Assembly (NCBI GenBank): GCA_000004985.1
Contig: GG738847.1
Reading direction: 5' to 3' (one strand)
Source of the DNA: Naegleria gruberi
Lineage: Eukaryota
Length of the DNA stretch: 64,000 nucleotides
A program made the translations under genes and the position numbers. The notes under the pieces are model-generated. The model made no database searches and was not told the DNA's origin. It worked only from the letters and a program-made list of their open reading frames with translations. Positions 42,734 to 54,400 of the stretch are shown here, piece by piece (position 1 is the stretch's first letter; every line of letters starts with the position of its first letter).

Positions 42734-43378
42734 TTACATTTTTTCCATTTGTTCTCGTTCCTCTGAATAACGAATTGAGAGGTACCACTTTTGAGCATGA
42801 CTAGCACATTGTCTTCTACCTCTAGTTTTGACATACTTGGTACTAATCATCTTCCAGTTGTGACCGCATTCCTTTAAGCCCTTCAAAAATCTTTGATGTT
42901 CATCATCTGACCACCATCCAGTATTGAATTGACCCTTTGTAGTGTGCTTCTTCTTCTTTCTAATGACAGGAGTTGTGGTTGTGGTCTTTTTCTTAACTTG
43001 TTTTGGAGATGATTGCTTTTTTGGTTTCTTGACTTCCTCTGATGACGAACAAGAGGAGACTGTTTCATCGTCGTCATGACTATCACTTGGTTGAGTATAT
43101 TCTTCCTCTGCATCTTCTCCAGAATCAGATGAGGTTAAAGGAGAATCCAATTCTTCTTTCTTCTCTTTGTATTCTTTGATTTCGTTTGTTGAAAATTGGT
43201 CTTGCAAGGAATCGATTGATTTTGTTGGACTAGTTAACGACTCGGCATACCATCTATTGATCATCATCTTTCTTGGTTTGGAGATTCCAACACCAGAGTA
43301 TGTACAAGCAAGATCCCAAGCTGTGTTGTTACTGTTTGATTTCGATCCCTTTTGGTGATGGTTGTTGGAGAAGGTCAT
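42734..43378 (-). CDS. Myb-like DNA-binding protein of the SHAQKYF class (single C-terminal Myb/SANT repeat)
   Basis: C-terminal GWWSDDEHQRFLKGLKECGHNWKMISTKYVKTRGRRQCASHAQKWY. This is the SHAQK(Y/W)F signature typical of plant and amoebozoan single-repeat Mybs. An acidic S/D/E-rich linker lies upstream. The first ATG is at 43378 (MTFSNNHHQ..); the ORF-track start at 43591 is not ATG. The N-terminal extent is uncertain. Confidence 0.55.
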   Translation of the reverse strand: MTFSNNHHQKGSKSNSNNTAWDLACTYSGVGISKPRKMMINRWYAESLTSPTKSIDSLQDQFSTNEIKEYKEKKEELDSPLTSSDSGEDAEEEYTQPSDSHDDDETVSSCSSSEEVKKPKKQSSPKQVKKKTTTTTPVIRKKKKHTTKGQFNTGWWSDDEHQRFLKGLKECGHNWKMISTKYVKTRGRRQCASHAQKWYLSIRYSEEREQMEKM

Positions 43379-43938
43379 TGTAAAACTGCTTGTGCCGATT
43401 GATGGTGGTAGATTATTAGTTTGGGAAGGAACATATTGATTAGTTACGGAGCATGATGTAGTTGTGGAGAGGAGTGAGTGGATGTTCCTTTTCACTTCCC
43501 AAAATAATGACTTGCTTTCTTTGTAAATGTCTCTTATTGGACTATGCTTGATGGACAATACAATAATCCTGAAATTTAGGATGAACCTCAAATGAATTCA
43601 TTGAATAATAGGTCATCTTTGCAAAATGTCATCATTGAAAGATGACCTATTGAAAAGTAATGGATCTAGTACTGAAAGAGATCTTTGTTAGTACTAACGA
43701 ATATTCTTTGGACGAATCATTTCAATTAATTGATACAATATAATATTCAAATCTTCAATATTCGAATGATTACGTTTTAACTGAAAATTTCATAAGTCTC
43801 AATTAAATTTTAATACTTTTAATACTTGAACCTTCATTTCACAGTTCACTGTTACAATTCAATTTGAAACTAAACTGTATAAATTTAAAAATAGAACAAA
43901 ATTCATAAAAAATATCAAAATATCAACCTTGAAACAAT

Positions 43939-44677
43939 ATGAAGTCTTCATCATCTTCTAATAGTGGAATTGCATTTGGAAAGGAATCTGTTCTCTTACT
44001 TGAAAATGTATTTTCTGATATTGATCCTCGATTTGTCCTTCAGGTAAGAAAGGGAGATTTGACCATGGAAAAAGTCGATGTCATTGTGAATGCTGCTAAC
44101 TGTAGACTTCAACACATGTCTGGTTTGGCCGGAGCTATTGTAAAGGTATGTATGATCATGATCTGTATTTTAATTTTTTGATTTTATGATGATGCTATGA
44201 AATAATAATAATTAATTCTAGAATGGAGGTCAAATTATTCAGAAGGAAAGTAATAAATTGATTAAAGATTTGGGAAGAGAATTAGAAAATGGTGAAGTTG
44301 TGGAAACAATTAGTGGAGATTTACCTTGTAAAACATTATATCACGCTGTAGGACCTATTTGGAGTAGTAGAAAGGCAAATGATTTCAAAACTCTTGGAGC
44401 TGAACAGGAAGATTTCGAATTGGGAATGTGTGTTGAAGCCTCACTTAATATGGCAGTAGAATCTGGTTTGTCTAGCATTTCTCTTCCTGCCATTTCGTCT
44501 GGAATTTTCGGTTTCCCAAAGGATAGATGTGCCAAGGTATTGTTTAATACGGTGACTGAGTTTTTGAAATCCAACAAGGATAACATTAAGGCCGATCGAT
44601 TTGAGGTCAGATTTACCAACTTTGATGATGAGACATGTAATATTTTCTCTAAGGAATTCAAGAGTAGATTTAATTAA
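43939..44677 (+). CDS. Macro-domain (ADP-ribose-binding) protein. Two exons: join(43939..44145, 44222..44677), 220 aa.
   Basis: Exon 1 (..VDVIVNAANCRLQHMSGLAGAIVK) ends in phase 0 at AAG|GTATGT. The intron is 44146-44221 (76 nt, ..TTCTAG|). Exon 2 (NGGQIIQKESNKL..LYHAVGPIW..ISLPAISSGIFGFP..) completes the macro-domain fold. ATG at 43939; TAA at 44675-44677. Confidence 0.75.
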
Positions 44678-44844
44678 ATATCACCTTATTTATCTATCCA
44701 TAAAAACCTAATAGTACGAAGTTGTCTTTATAATCTTCCTCAATGAGATTGGGTTTATGATCGTGTTTTTTCTCAATTGATAGTCCAACATGAAACTTGG
44801 CCCAATCTCCTCTTCCAATTTGAATTTTGTTCAAGTTAGTGCTC

Positions 44845-45981
44845 TCAATCTTGTGGATTAGTCGTAAACACAACGAATTCTCCAGTATCCAATCGGTAAA
44901 ATGAATGTGTAAAATATTCCATGGCGTATAGCCAGTAAGAGCACAATCCACCTCCGATAGTAGTTGTCCAGTCATACATAATCAAGTGATCATAGTGTTT
45001 TGCAGAGAAATTCTCCTCATCTTCAATTCCAAGAAATTGTCTTCTTAGTTTAGGATAGGTTGTTGGAAGTAATGGATCTGGTGTGTAGGCAAACCAATGA
45101 TGATAGGTAAGAATATCAGAAAACGTTTTCAATGGCTCTAAAATTGAATTATTAAGTGGCGTAAAGTTGAAAACGGATGGATCTGAACGAGTGTGGAATA
45201 TTATCTCATTATAATTAGGTGGAGGTGGGTTATCTGTTCTAAAGGTTTTAAATTCATCCAATATGTTCAATAATAAATCAATAGTTCTCATCTCTTTAAT
45301 AATATCTGTCATGAAGTTATTGACAAATCCATGTTTCTTTGGTGGTTCTGATTCAGAATTGGTTGGAAACATCTTATTCCAAATATTTACAATAAAATTT
45401 GATGTGTTAGGAGTATGAAGCTTTGTGTATGGATCAATTGCTTCATTTGAATAAATAACCTCAACATTTGATGTATAAGCAAAATGAGAGAGGAGGCAAA
45501 ATTTGTGAAATTTCATCATTACATTATTATTCTCTTTCGAACAAAAATCTCTCAACATCCATCCAATAATTCTACATGGTTGAGTGATAGAATATTCCAT
45601 ACATCCCCCATAATTAATAAACTGGCCATAAATCTCATTAGAAAAATCATTAGAACTTTTTAAAACCATTGGGTTGAACAGTAATTCCTTAAATAATTCC
45701 AAACAGGAAACAGTTCCCCTTTTACCCTTAATATAATTTCTAAAATCACCAAATGAGTCCCAAATATTGACAACCCTCACACTCGTACTACCATCATCAT
45801 TATTAATAAATAATTTTTTACAAATATTAAACAATTCATTGGAGTAAATAAAATCATCACATTCTAGGAGTAAATTACATATGTGAGAGTTGACTTGTCT
45901 CAATGAAGCGATCGAGGGCTGATCAAGAAAGATGCAAACTTCAGAGAGCAGAAAGGAATCATACAGTATTTCTCTACCCAT
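44845..45981 (-). CDS. Hypothetical protein (378 aa). Its 3' end overlaps a second same-strand ORF (44694-44975) in another frame.
   Basis: ATG at 45981-45979; TGA stop at 44847-44845. No family recognised. See the finding on the frame-B ORF. Confidence 0.4.
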   Translation of the reverse strand: MGREILYDSFLLSEVCIFLDQPSIASLRQVNSHICNLLLECDDFIYSNELFNICKKLFINNDDGSTSVRVVNIWDSFGDFRNYIKGKRGTVSCLELFKELLFNPMVLKSSNDFSNEIYGQFINYGGCMEYSITQPCRIIGWMLRDFCSKENNNVMMKFHKFCLLSHFAYTSNVEVIYSNEAIDPYTKLHTPNTSNFIVNIWNKMFPTNSESEPPKKHGFVNNFMTDIIKEMRTIDLLLNILDEFKTFRTDNPPPPNYNEIIFHTRSDPSVFNFTPLNNSILEPLKTFSDILTYHHWFAYTPDPLLPTTYPKLRRQFLGIEDEENFSAKHYDHLIMYDWTTTIGGGLCSYWLYAMEYFTHSFYRLDTGEFVVFTTNPQD

Positions 45982-46042
45982 TTTTTTTGATTGTGCATTT
46001 GTAAAATTGATTTAGCATATGTTCTTGCTAAATCAAAAGAAG

Positions 46043-46050
46043 AAAAAAAA
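46043..46050 (-). terminator. Pol III terminator (T8 run on the minus strand) 20 nt downstream of tRNA-Gln
   Basis: Plus-strand A8 at 46043-46050. Confidence 0.5.
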
Positions 46051-46070
46051 TTCATGGCTCGCCACGTTTA

Positions 46071-46141
46071 CCGTCTCGGGAGGAATCGAACCTCCGTCAA
46101 TGGATTCAAAGTCCACTATGCTACCATTACACCACGAGACG
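46071..46141 (-). tRNA. tRNA-Gln (anticodon UUG), 71 nt
   Basis: The reverse complement is CGTCTCGTGGTGTAATGGTAGCATAGTGGACTTTGAATCCATTGACGGAGGTTCGATTCCTCCCGAGACGG. It has a perfect 7-bp acceptor stem (CGTCTCG/CGAGACG), anticodon arm GTGGA-CTTTGAA-TCCAT and T-arm GGAGG-TTCGATT-CCTCC. The GGACTTTGAATCC core is typical of tRNA-Gln(UUG). Confidence 0.85.
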
Positions 46142-46951
46142 AGCACATTTATGATATTTCGATACGAATAATTAACTGGATTGGAACATAAAAGCACACG
46201 ACATTCTTGTTACATATTGAAAAGTAGTGTAGTATCGTCTTCATTTCCCCAATACTCCAAATTGGTAAAATATTTAGTATGAACAACCGTTTCGAATAAA
46301 TTTCTTGCTTAATCACTGATTCAACAAAATTCGGAAAAAGTTACCCAAACATGAACTTGTCCTTCACTGAAATAACGTTGCCAAACGTTCTCCAATTTCA
46401 CTAACGTTACCCAAACACTTTACAATATTCTTACCACACAACACAATAACTCTCAAAAAGAACAATCATCTCTCAAGTGTTCATTCATCTTATGTTTCAC
46501 TTATATATGATGATATCAATATCTTTTTCAATCATTACATATGATATCAAATGATTTGTTTTTATGTAAAAAAAAAGAATTCTCTATATCTCTAGTCATA
46601 AAAGGCGTTTATTCAATGAATATTATGTTTGTTCCTCACTCACTTTTCATTGTTTTATGAAAATGATGAAGGGGTGTTTGAGGTATTTTAATGTTGAATC
46701 TGTTGTGCTGATGAAATTAGGTCCTCACAAATGCCATCATAAACTGCTACAAGTCAGCCATCACTATCCCTTTAAAAAAAACAACTCAAAAAAATTTTCC
46801 AACAACAACTACCCCAATTATCCAACAAATTTGCGAGAGGTATCTCAGTCCCCAGTAAATTTTAGACAACTTTATACATTGGATAATACATCACCTAAAC
46901 TAGACTAATCCTCCCTCACTTTACGAATATATAACATCATCCTTCTTCAAC

Positions 46952-48510
46952 ATGTGCTTTGGAAATTCAGAGAGCAAGAAGCCAGCTACCACCCAACCTA
47001 CACAACCTACACAGCCAGTAGCAGCAGCTAAACCACCTAAAAAGATTCTTCTCGTAGGTGCTGGTGATTCTGGAAAGAGTAAGTAATTATACAAAATGTA
47101 TTGATATGATTCATCACAATTATTGTTTATTCTCTCCACCAAACTTTCTCATGTATTAATTTTGCTCCTTGGTATTGATGATTCACTGAATATGTTTACG
47201 TGATGATACCACAACCTTCTACTATACTTTTTTTGGAAATTTTTGCAATATAATGATAATCATCCTACTATTGACACTTGTTTGCTGTTGTGCATGTGGT
47301 CATGATAATGATATTCTGTTCCTTGATGATGCGAATCGAAACTTTCCCTCCAAATCTTTTCCGTAAATTTTACATATTCATGAAAAATGGCTCAATTTGA
47401 AATGGTGGCCCATGTATGATGAATGTGCTATTCGTACTACTATTTTGATCACAATGCTAATATTGTTGTTGTTGTTGTTATTATTGATGAATGATATGAT
47501 ATTCATCATAATAATAATATTATTGTTATCAAATAATATATAGGTACCATCTTTAAACAAATGAGATTAATCTATAATAATGGATTTACAACTGATGAAA
47601 AGGCTAAAGTTAGACCAATGATCTATGAGAACATTCTCCGTAACATGATGGTTCTTATTCAAGCTACCAAGACACTTTCGCTTCAAATTTCTACAGAAGA
47701 AAATAGAGAACGTGCCGAAAAGATTGAAAGTTTAGAACAAAAGATTCTTCTTGCTCCAGACAGAGTTTGGGATTCTAATTTGGCTCAAGATATTGCTGAA
47801 TTGTGGAAGGAACCAGCCATTCTTCAAGCCATGTCGAGAAGAAACGAATTCCAAATTGAAGATTCTGCTTCATACTACTTTGATAACTTGGAAAGAATTG
47901 GTCTTTCTGATTATATGCCAAGTGAAGAAGATGTCGTCAGAGCTAGAATTAAGACAACTGGTCTTATTGAACAACCATTTACTTTCAAGAATCTTCCATT
48001 CTGTATGATCGACGTTGGTAAGTATTCCGAGTTTATTGAGATATTCTAACAATAATAATAGGTGGTCAAAGAACCGAACGTAAAAAGTGGATTCACCACT
48101 TCCAAGGAGTTGATAGTATCTTGTTTGTTTGTTCATTGAGTGAATTTGACCAAAAATGTTACGAAGATGATACAACTAACAGAATGAAGGAAAGTTTACA
48201 ACTCTTTGCTGATTACATCAACTCAAAGTGGTTTGCCGATACTTTAGTTTATTTGCTTTTCAACAAACACGACTTGTTCTTGAGAAAGATTGAAAATGGT
48301 GCCAGATTAGTTGATACATTCGAAGATTATAAAGGACCAGAAAATGATGGAGAAGCTGCTAAAGATTTTATCAAGGAAACTTACAAGGAAAAGGATACTG
48401 AAAACAGACTCAGAAATGTCTTCTTTGTTACTGCTTTGGATAAAGCCAATCTGAAGGAACGTCTGGAAGAAATTGTTGCTGACATGATCTCTGCTGAGAA
48501 CGATGTCTAA
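46952..48510 (+). CDS. Heterotrimeric G-protein alpha subunit. Three exons: join(46952..47078, 47544..48017, 48062..48510), about 349 aa.
   Basis: Exon 1 reads MCFGNSESKK..KILLVGAGDSGK and ends at A|GTAAGT. Intron 1 is 47079-47543 (465 nt, ..ATATAG|). Exon 2 reads STIFKQMRLIY..RIKTTGLIEQPFTFKNLPFCMIDVG. Intron 2 is 48018-48061 (44 nt, GTAAGT..TTCTAACAATAATAATAG|). Exon 3 reads GQRTERKKWIHHFQGVDSILFVCSLSEFDQ..LLFNKHDLF..FVTALDKANL..*. The P-loop GAGDSGKS, DVGGQ and NKxD motifs are all present. Confidence 0.85.
47463..47486 (+). repeat. (TTG)n(TTA)n microsatellite inside G-alpha intron 1
   Basis: ttgttgttgttgttgttattattg. Confidence 0.6.
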
Positions 48511-48854
48511 GTGAAGGAAGAATAATTTATCACTGCATCTATTTAGAAAATCCTAAACATTCTTGTAATTCATATTAATCCTCACCAATTTTGCATTTCC
48601 ACTCATTATAATCTCACTAAGTTGTAGTTTTAACAATAAAAATCCAAAACAAATTATTTAAAATACCTTTCGTTTTATTAGCCGTTCGCCATTTACAGAA
48701 AAGGTCCTTACTAAACTTTGTTTTTGCCTTTGTGAACTATCAGCAAAAATGTTCTAAAACGATTCTGAGCGTTTTGGGAAATGTTGTCATTAATTAATTT
48801 TGATAAAATGCACCAAAATATACAAATAATTTGAAAAGAATATTTCTAGTTTAT

Positions 48855-51170
48855 TTATTTAAGTTCTGTAACAGCAAGCCCATTCTTGTGAACCAAAGTC
48901 TCTGCATCTTGGACAGCCTTTTTCTTGGCTTCTTGTTGAGTGAAAAGTTTCTTTTGTTTATCTAGAGCCTTAGAAAGATTCTTCTTGGCACTCTTTGTCA
49001 CTTCGACACCATCCTTATCCTTAGTTGGGAGGCCAGTTTCATCCCATTCAGAGAACTGGGAAGCATATTCTCCTTGTTTGAAAAATTCGAGTGGATCAAT
49101 CAATGATGTTTCGTATTCTTTTTGAGCAGTGGCAAGTTTTTCTTCAGATTTCTTGAGAGCATCAAGTTTGGCTTGTTTTTCATTTGCTTTCTTTTCTTCT
49201 CTTTCTCTCAAAAGTTCATTCTTATCGGCCAACTTCCAAGATGTTGTTTCCTTCTTATCTTCTAATCTAATTCCAAGACCTGGAAGAACATCATCTCTCA
49301 AAGAATCACAAGTTTGTAAAATTCTTTGTTCCTTCTTGTCATTCTTGTCACGAGCAATGTTTCTAATTTCAGATCTAAAGTCAGAGAGAGCATTAATGAT
49401 TGGAGCAACATTTTCTTCATAGCTTTCACCTCCAGAAACTGGGAAACCGAATGTATCAACACCATCAACCAAACCAAAAACTGAGAAAATTCTAGTGACA
49501 TAGTAACCAACTTGCTTCAAAAGTGGAACACTTGGATACTTTGGAGCATCAGCACTGTGTTGATCACCTCCTTGTTTGACAAATTCATTGAATTTTTCAA
49601 CATTCTTCTTTTCCAAATAAGTGTTAGTTGCCTTGATCAAAGATTGGAGAGTTATCATACATTTAATGGTATCGAATGAATTTCTCAAAGCAGTATCAAC
49701 GTCAAGTTTGCTCTTTGACAAGGTTTCACTCAATTCAAAATCAGCTTGATCCCATTTTTCAATACTCTTACCAGTCTTGGTAACATAATCTCTGAAAATA
49801 ATCTTTAAATTACCAAAGAATTCTTGGAATGATTTTTCAATAGACTTGGCATATTCCATAGTTGTTTCAGAATATTCCATTTCATCATCAAATTTACGAT
49901 AGAGGAACATCATTCTGATTTGACGAGCAGTGTACTTTTCAAGAGCTTGTCTAATGGTAATAAAGTTCTTCTTTGATTTAGACATGGACATTCCATCAAT
50001 GGACAAGTGACCAGTGTGAAGGAAATAATTGACCCATTGTCTTGAACCAAGATAAGCTTCAGATTGAGCAAGTTCATTATCGTGGTGAGGGAACTTCAAG
50101 TCGATACCACCACAGTGAACATCCAAAGTAGCATCATTAGCAGATCTACCAGCCAATTTAGCAGCTTGTTGAAGTGCATAACAAGCCATAGCACTACATT
50201 CAATGTGCCATCCAGGTCTACCTTTACCCCATTTACTATCCCATTCTGGTTCACCTGGCTTTGAGGTCTTCCACAAAGCAAAGTCCTTCTTTGATTTCTT
50301 TTTAAAAACTTTCTTTTCAGTTTCAGATTCACCTTCACCATCCATCAAACGTTCTTCACAATTAACATTCCATGGTTCCAATTTACCATAAACATGTTTT
50401 TGATTTTGTTGGAAAGCTTCAACATCAAAGTAAACATTTCCACCTTCTTCATAAGCAAAACCATTATCAATAATTTGTTGAATAAAACTAACAACTTCAT
50501 CAATATGTTCAGTAACTCTAACAAGAACTGTTGGTGTCTTGACTTGAAGTTGTTTCATATCTTCCCAGAACAAATGTTCATAATAACGTGGAACAGACAA
50601 AAAGTCTGGTTGAGAAATTAAATCAGCACTCAATCCAGCTTCAACAACAGCATTCACAAGTGCTTTAAATTCATCAAGAATTTGTCCCAATGTAAGTTGT
50701 TTAGCCTTTACCTTTTCTTCTTGATCAATCTTTAACTTTTGTTGCAAATTCAAAAGGTATTCTTGTAATTTACTATTTGATTCCGATGATGGAAGGCTTG
50801 TAAGTTTTTCTAAAAGTGATGAAGCATTATTTTCCAAGGCTACTCTATTACTCTTCTTGATAATCTTATCATCAATATCGGTAATATTTTCAATATAAAT
50901 AACATTAAAGTTGAAATAATCTTCCAAAATTCTGCGAACAATATCAAAACCAACATAGGTTCTGGCATGTCCCATATGACTCCAATCATAAACTGTTGGA
51001 CCACAAGTGTACCAAGTAATGGTATTACTATTGTCTTGTAAGATGAACTTTTCCTTCTGACAAGTCAAGGAATTGTACACTTCAATACCAGTGTCTCTTC
51101 CTTGTGGTTTGAACCATTCTGGTTGTTGTACTGATGGTTTTTGTCCACTTGTTGTTGTTTGTGGTAGCAT
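48855..51170 (-). CDS. Cytosolic cysteinyl-tRNA synthetase (class I) with a eukaryote-type C-terminal K/E-rich extension, 771 aa
   Basis: ATG at 51170-51168. Has the HIGH-type motif (CGPTVYDWSHMGHARTY) and a KMSKS-type motif (GMSMSKSKKNF). The conserved CysRS core (..WHIECSAMA..) is present. The C-terminal ~150 aa are lysine-rich and coiled-coil. Confidence 0.9.
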   Translation of the reverse strand: MLPQTTTSGQKPSVQQPEWFKPQGRDTGIEVYNSLTCQKEKFILQDNSNTITWYTCGPTVYDWSHMGHARTYVGFDIVRRILEDYFNFNVIYIENITDIDDKIIKKSNRVALENNASSLLEKLTSLPSSESNSKLQEYLLNLQQKLKIDQEEKVKAKQLTLGQILDEFKALVNAVVEAGLSADLISQPDFLSVPRYYEHLFWEDMKQLQVKTPTVLVRVTEHIDEVVSFIQQIIDNGFAYEEGGNVYFDVEAFQQNQKHVYGKLEPWNVNCEERLMDGEGESETEKKVFKKKSKKDFALWKTSKPGEPEWDSKWGKGRPGWHIECSAMACYALQQAAKLAGRSANDATLDVHCGGIDLKFPHHDNELAQSEAYLGSRQWVNYFLHTGHLSIDGMSMSKSKKNFITIRQALEKYTARQIRMMFLYRKFDDEMEYSETTMEYAKSIEKSFQEFFGNLKIIFRDYVTKTGKSIEKWDQADFELSETLSKSKLDVDTALRNSFDTIKCMITLQSLIKATNTYLEKKNVEKFNEFVKQGGDQHSADAPKYPSVPLLKQVGYYVTRIFSVFGLVDGVDTFGFPVSGGESYEENVAPIINALSDFRSEIRNIARDKNDKKEQRILQTCDSLRDDVLPGLGIRLEDKKETTSWKLADKNELLREREEKKANEKQAKLDALKKSEEKLATAQKEYETSLIDPLEFFKQGEYASQFSEWDETGLPTKDKDGVEVTKSAKKNLSKALDKQKKLFTQQEAKKKAVQDAETLVHKNGLAVTELK

Positions 51171-51433
51171 TTCTTTTTTTTCAAAGTAATTATTTTTAAA
51201 TTATTATTTTTTTTAATTTTATGTGTTTGGGTGATGGTGCAATTTTGTTATGAAACTTTAAATTTGAATTTCCCATCTAAATTTCACAACTTTCCAAGAA
51301 TAGATCCTGGCTCTTACAATTAAAAAGTACAGTAAGAAGAAGTAATTAAGAAGAAATAGGTTGACATCCAATAACTATTGGAATGATTTCTCTCACTTGA
51401 GACTTTATATAAATTCACACCCCTTAATTATTT

Positions 51434-54400
51434 TCACATCCACATTTCCTTTACAAGTCTTGACATGCCTTTTTCAAATTCTAATAAGAATATTTCCTCT
51501 GGAGTTTTACCTTCGTATTCATTGACAATGATAGGCTGTGGTGGTTCTTCATGTGTAACATTTACAGGAGTAGTTGTCTCAGTAAGTGGGTCATCCTCAG
51601 AATCTTCATCATCAGAAAGTTCAATTACTCTTTGTTCAACAACTGAAGAATTAGCATTATGGCCCTGTTGTTGGGAGGAAGGTTCTGACTTCTTATTGTC
51701 AACTGGTTCTTGTGTTTTGTTTTTGGACTTCTTTGCATCTTGTTGCTGTTTTTTCTTATTCTTGCTCTTGGAACCTTTCTTATTCTTCTTATTTTTCTTC
51801 TTTGGGTCTTCCTTTGGTGCTGTTGGCTGATCTTCTTTCTTTGTGGAATCACCTCTCAACAAATGTGAAATATCCTTCACTATTAATGGTTCATTATAAA
51901 CATTCTTTTGTGGTTTAGGTGGAACAGTATTTGTTGGCTTTGGAGAAGTAATTTTCTTATCATCCACTTGTTGATTATTCTTGCCATTGGCAGATGTACC
52001 CTTCTTGTCTTGGGACATGCCGACGATTCCAATACCAAGTATACCATTCATCAATTTAGAATAAAAGTCCTCATTAAAATCATTTGGAAGTTCTCCCTTC
52101 TTTTTCATTTCCATAAATCTCATAGTTTCCTCCCTAATTATTTCTTCTCTACTATTTCCATTTGATGATGGTTGTTGTGGTGGTTTAATTGATTTGATAG
52201 GTTCTGTCTGGATTGGTTTTGGTGGTTCAGAAACATCATGCCTAGAATCTAAGAAATTCAAAATCTTAAACTTGGTAAATACAAATTCACTAATATTGTC
52301 ACCATAGTCATTCAAGGTGATGTAAAATGTCCTAGCTTTTGCACTGACATCTCTCAGTGCCTCAAATTTACTATTAAATATAATATCTGTTAAAATTTCT
52401 TCACCCTTGTTCTTTTCAAATCTCTTTCTTCCACTCTCAAATCCCAATAATCCAGTCATTGTATTAATTGAATTGTATTGAAGCTCAATCAAGCTCATGT
52501 CAATTCCTGGCTTTCCAAAGGGACTATTAGGATTGGGTACCTTTTTAATAATATCCAATAAAAGCTCCAAATATCCTTTTGATATCAGTGTATTATTCAC
52601 TTGTTCCGAAATTTGTTTTAGTAAGAGAGGTTTTCCCCAACATTCAGGATTTTGACAACTATTACCAATGGTAATAATGGCAAAATTTTTAGCTTCCACA
52701 TCAATAATTTGATGGGAAAGCTTATACAATGCAATTAGTGTCTTTTCATCAGAAACTATTGCTTCCTTGACATCAAAATTCTCCACTGAAAGGTATGCAT
52801 AACATTGGGCAATATATACAGCTTTGACAACTGGCATTCGTTGAACAGCCAATGATCTAGAGACTTGTAGTAATATTGGAGATAGAGCCACAAGTCCATT
52901 CATTTCATAAATAGTTCTGCTAATATCTGAAGAGCCTCCTCTTGCAATAGAAGCAAGAGCAGAAACAGAGGCATCCAAAAGGTCACATAATTGATGATCG
53001 CACTCTCCAATGTCAAGAATTATATAATCGATCAAGGAAAGTTGTTGAATGATTTGTCTTAGAGCATCGCCATCCTCATATTGCACAATTCTTCTCCTGA
53101 GTGAACAATCAGTATCCACACTACACAAATCAGTTACTGCTCTTGTTGAGAAGAGTTTCAATTCTTGATCATCCCACAAACACAGAGAATCCAATATACT
53201 ATCAATACCATTTAAAATTAGAGATCGTTCCTCCTCTTCCTTGAATATTTCCTCCAGAACACTCTTGTTTTCCTTCTTATTTTGTATGTCTATTTTATCA
53301 AAATCTTCTGACATGGCCCTAGAGCATTCATTTACTGCACTAGCAATATAATCTACGAGTAATACTGCGCCCATACTCCTACAATTTATATCAGTGGGAG
53401 ATGAGGCAAGACAATAAATGTCCAAAATATTTAATCCAAAATCATTCTCATCATTTACAAGATCTTCGTCGTAATCGGTAAAGTTTTCAGAATTTTGAAA
53501 TTCCATCTCATTGGATATTTCTTCCATTGAAGGTTTATAACCAAAAACTTCTGCACATTTTTTCTTCTCATACTCCACAATAGATTTAGCATAATAATCA
53601 CAATATTTACAAATATTAACTACTGATTGTTCCAAGGCATCCAAATCACTTTTGGTTTTGTTTTGTTTCTTTGACATTTCATTAATATGATATGATGTTC
53701 CATGTAGAGTTCTCAGGCTATCAAAAACATCCTCCTTACTTCCCAAAAGTAATGTAAAGTCAATATCACACTTGTGTGAATGTCTTCCATTATTATTTTG
53801 ATAATTTTTTTCCTGGGAATCCATTTGTGAATTGATACTGACTTGTTCTAAAAGTGCTGTGAAATTCATATATGCTTCCTTATATTTCTTCATGCATATA
53901 AGAGCATGTCCTTTAATTATATAAGCCTTTTATAATTATTTTGATGAATTTTAAATTGATTGAATAAATATGAATATTAAATATTAATATAATACTTACT
54001 GAATGATAGGAAGAATTTTGTCGCAGAACTGAATCACAATCCACAACTGCTTTAGAATATACATGATGTCCGATAAATGCTATGGCTCTCAAAATATACA
54101 ATGTAAAGGTACAAGGAGAAAGTGGAAGAGAACTTGAAGAACAAGAAATATCATGAAAGCCCAGAGATGAGTGTAAATCCTGCCTATGTTGGTCATCATC
54201 AAAAAGTGTTGATTCCAATATAAAAGGAGGTTCCTGTGTTTGACAATTTTGTAGATCATCCAAGACTCCTCCTTCTTCATCATCCTTCACTATGGTAACA
54301 TATAAATTTTGTTTCAAACCGAGAGAGGTTGTAAAACATCCTATAGCAATTTCATACTTTTGATGATGAAGAAATGAAATTCCTTTAGTGTAGCCTGCAA

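Noticed and set aside
44845-45981. Selenoprotein read-through (in-frame TGA) for ORFs ending in TGA, e.g. 44845-45981 and exon pairs elsewhere
   Set aside because: The frame after each TGA hits another stop within a few codons. Every split same-strand ORF pair was better explained by a GT..AG intron. No candidate Sec-TGA gene was found in this window, despite SepSecS being present.
47171-47210. C/D-box-like hairpin (GGTAT-TGATGA..CTGAA..TGATGA-TACC) in G-alpha intron 1 as an intronic snoRNA
   Set aside because: It is only about 40 nt with a 5-bp terminal stem and no properly placed D box before the 3' stem, so it is too short and degenerate to call. It is retained only as a note in the intron finding.
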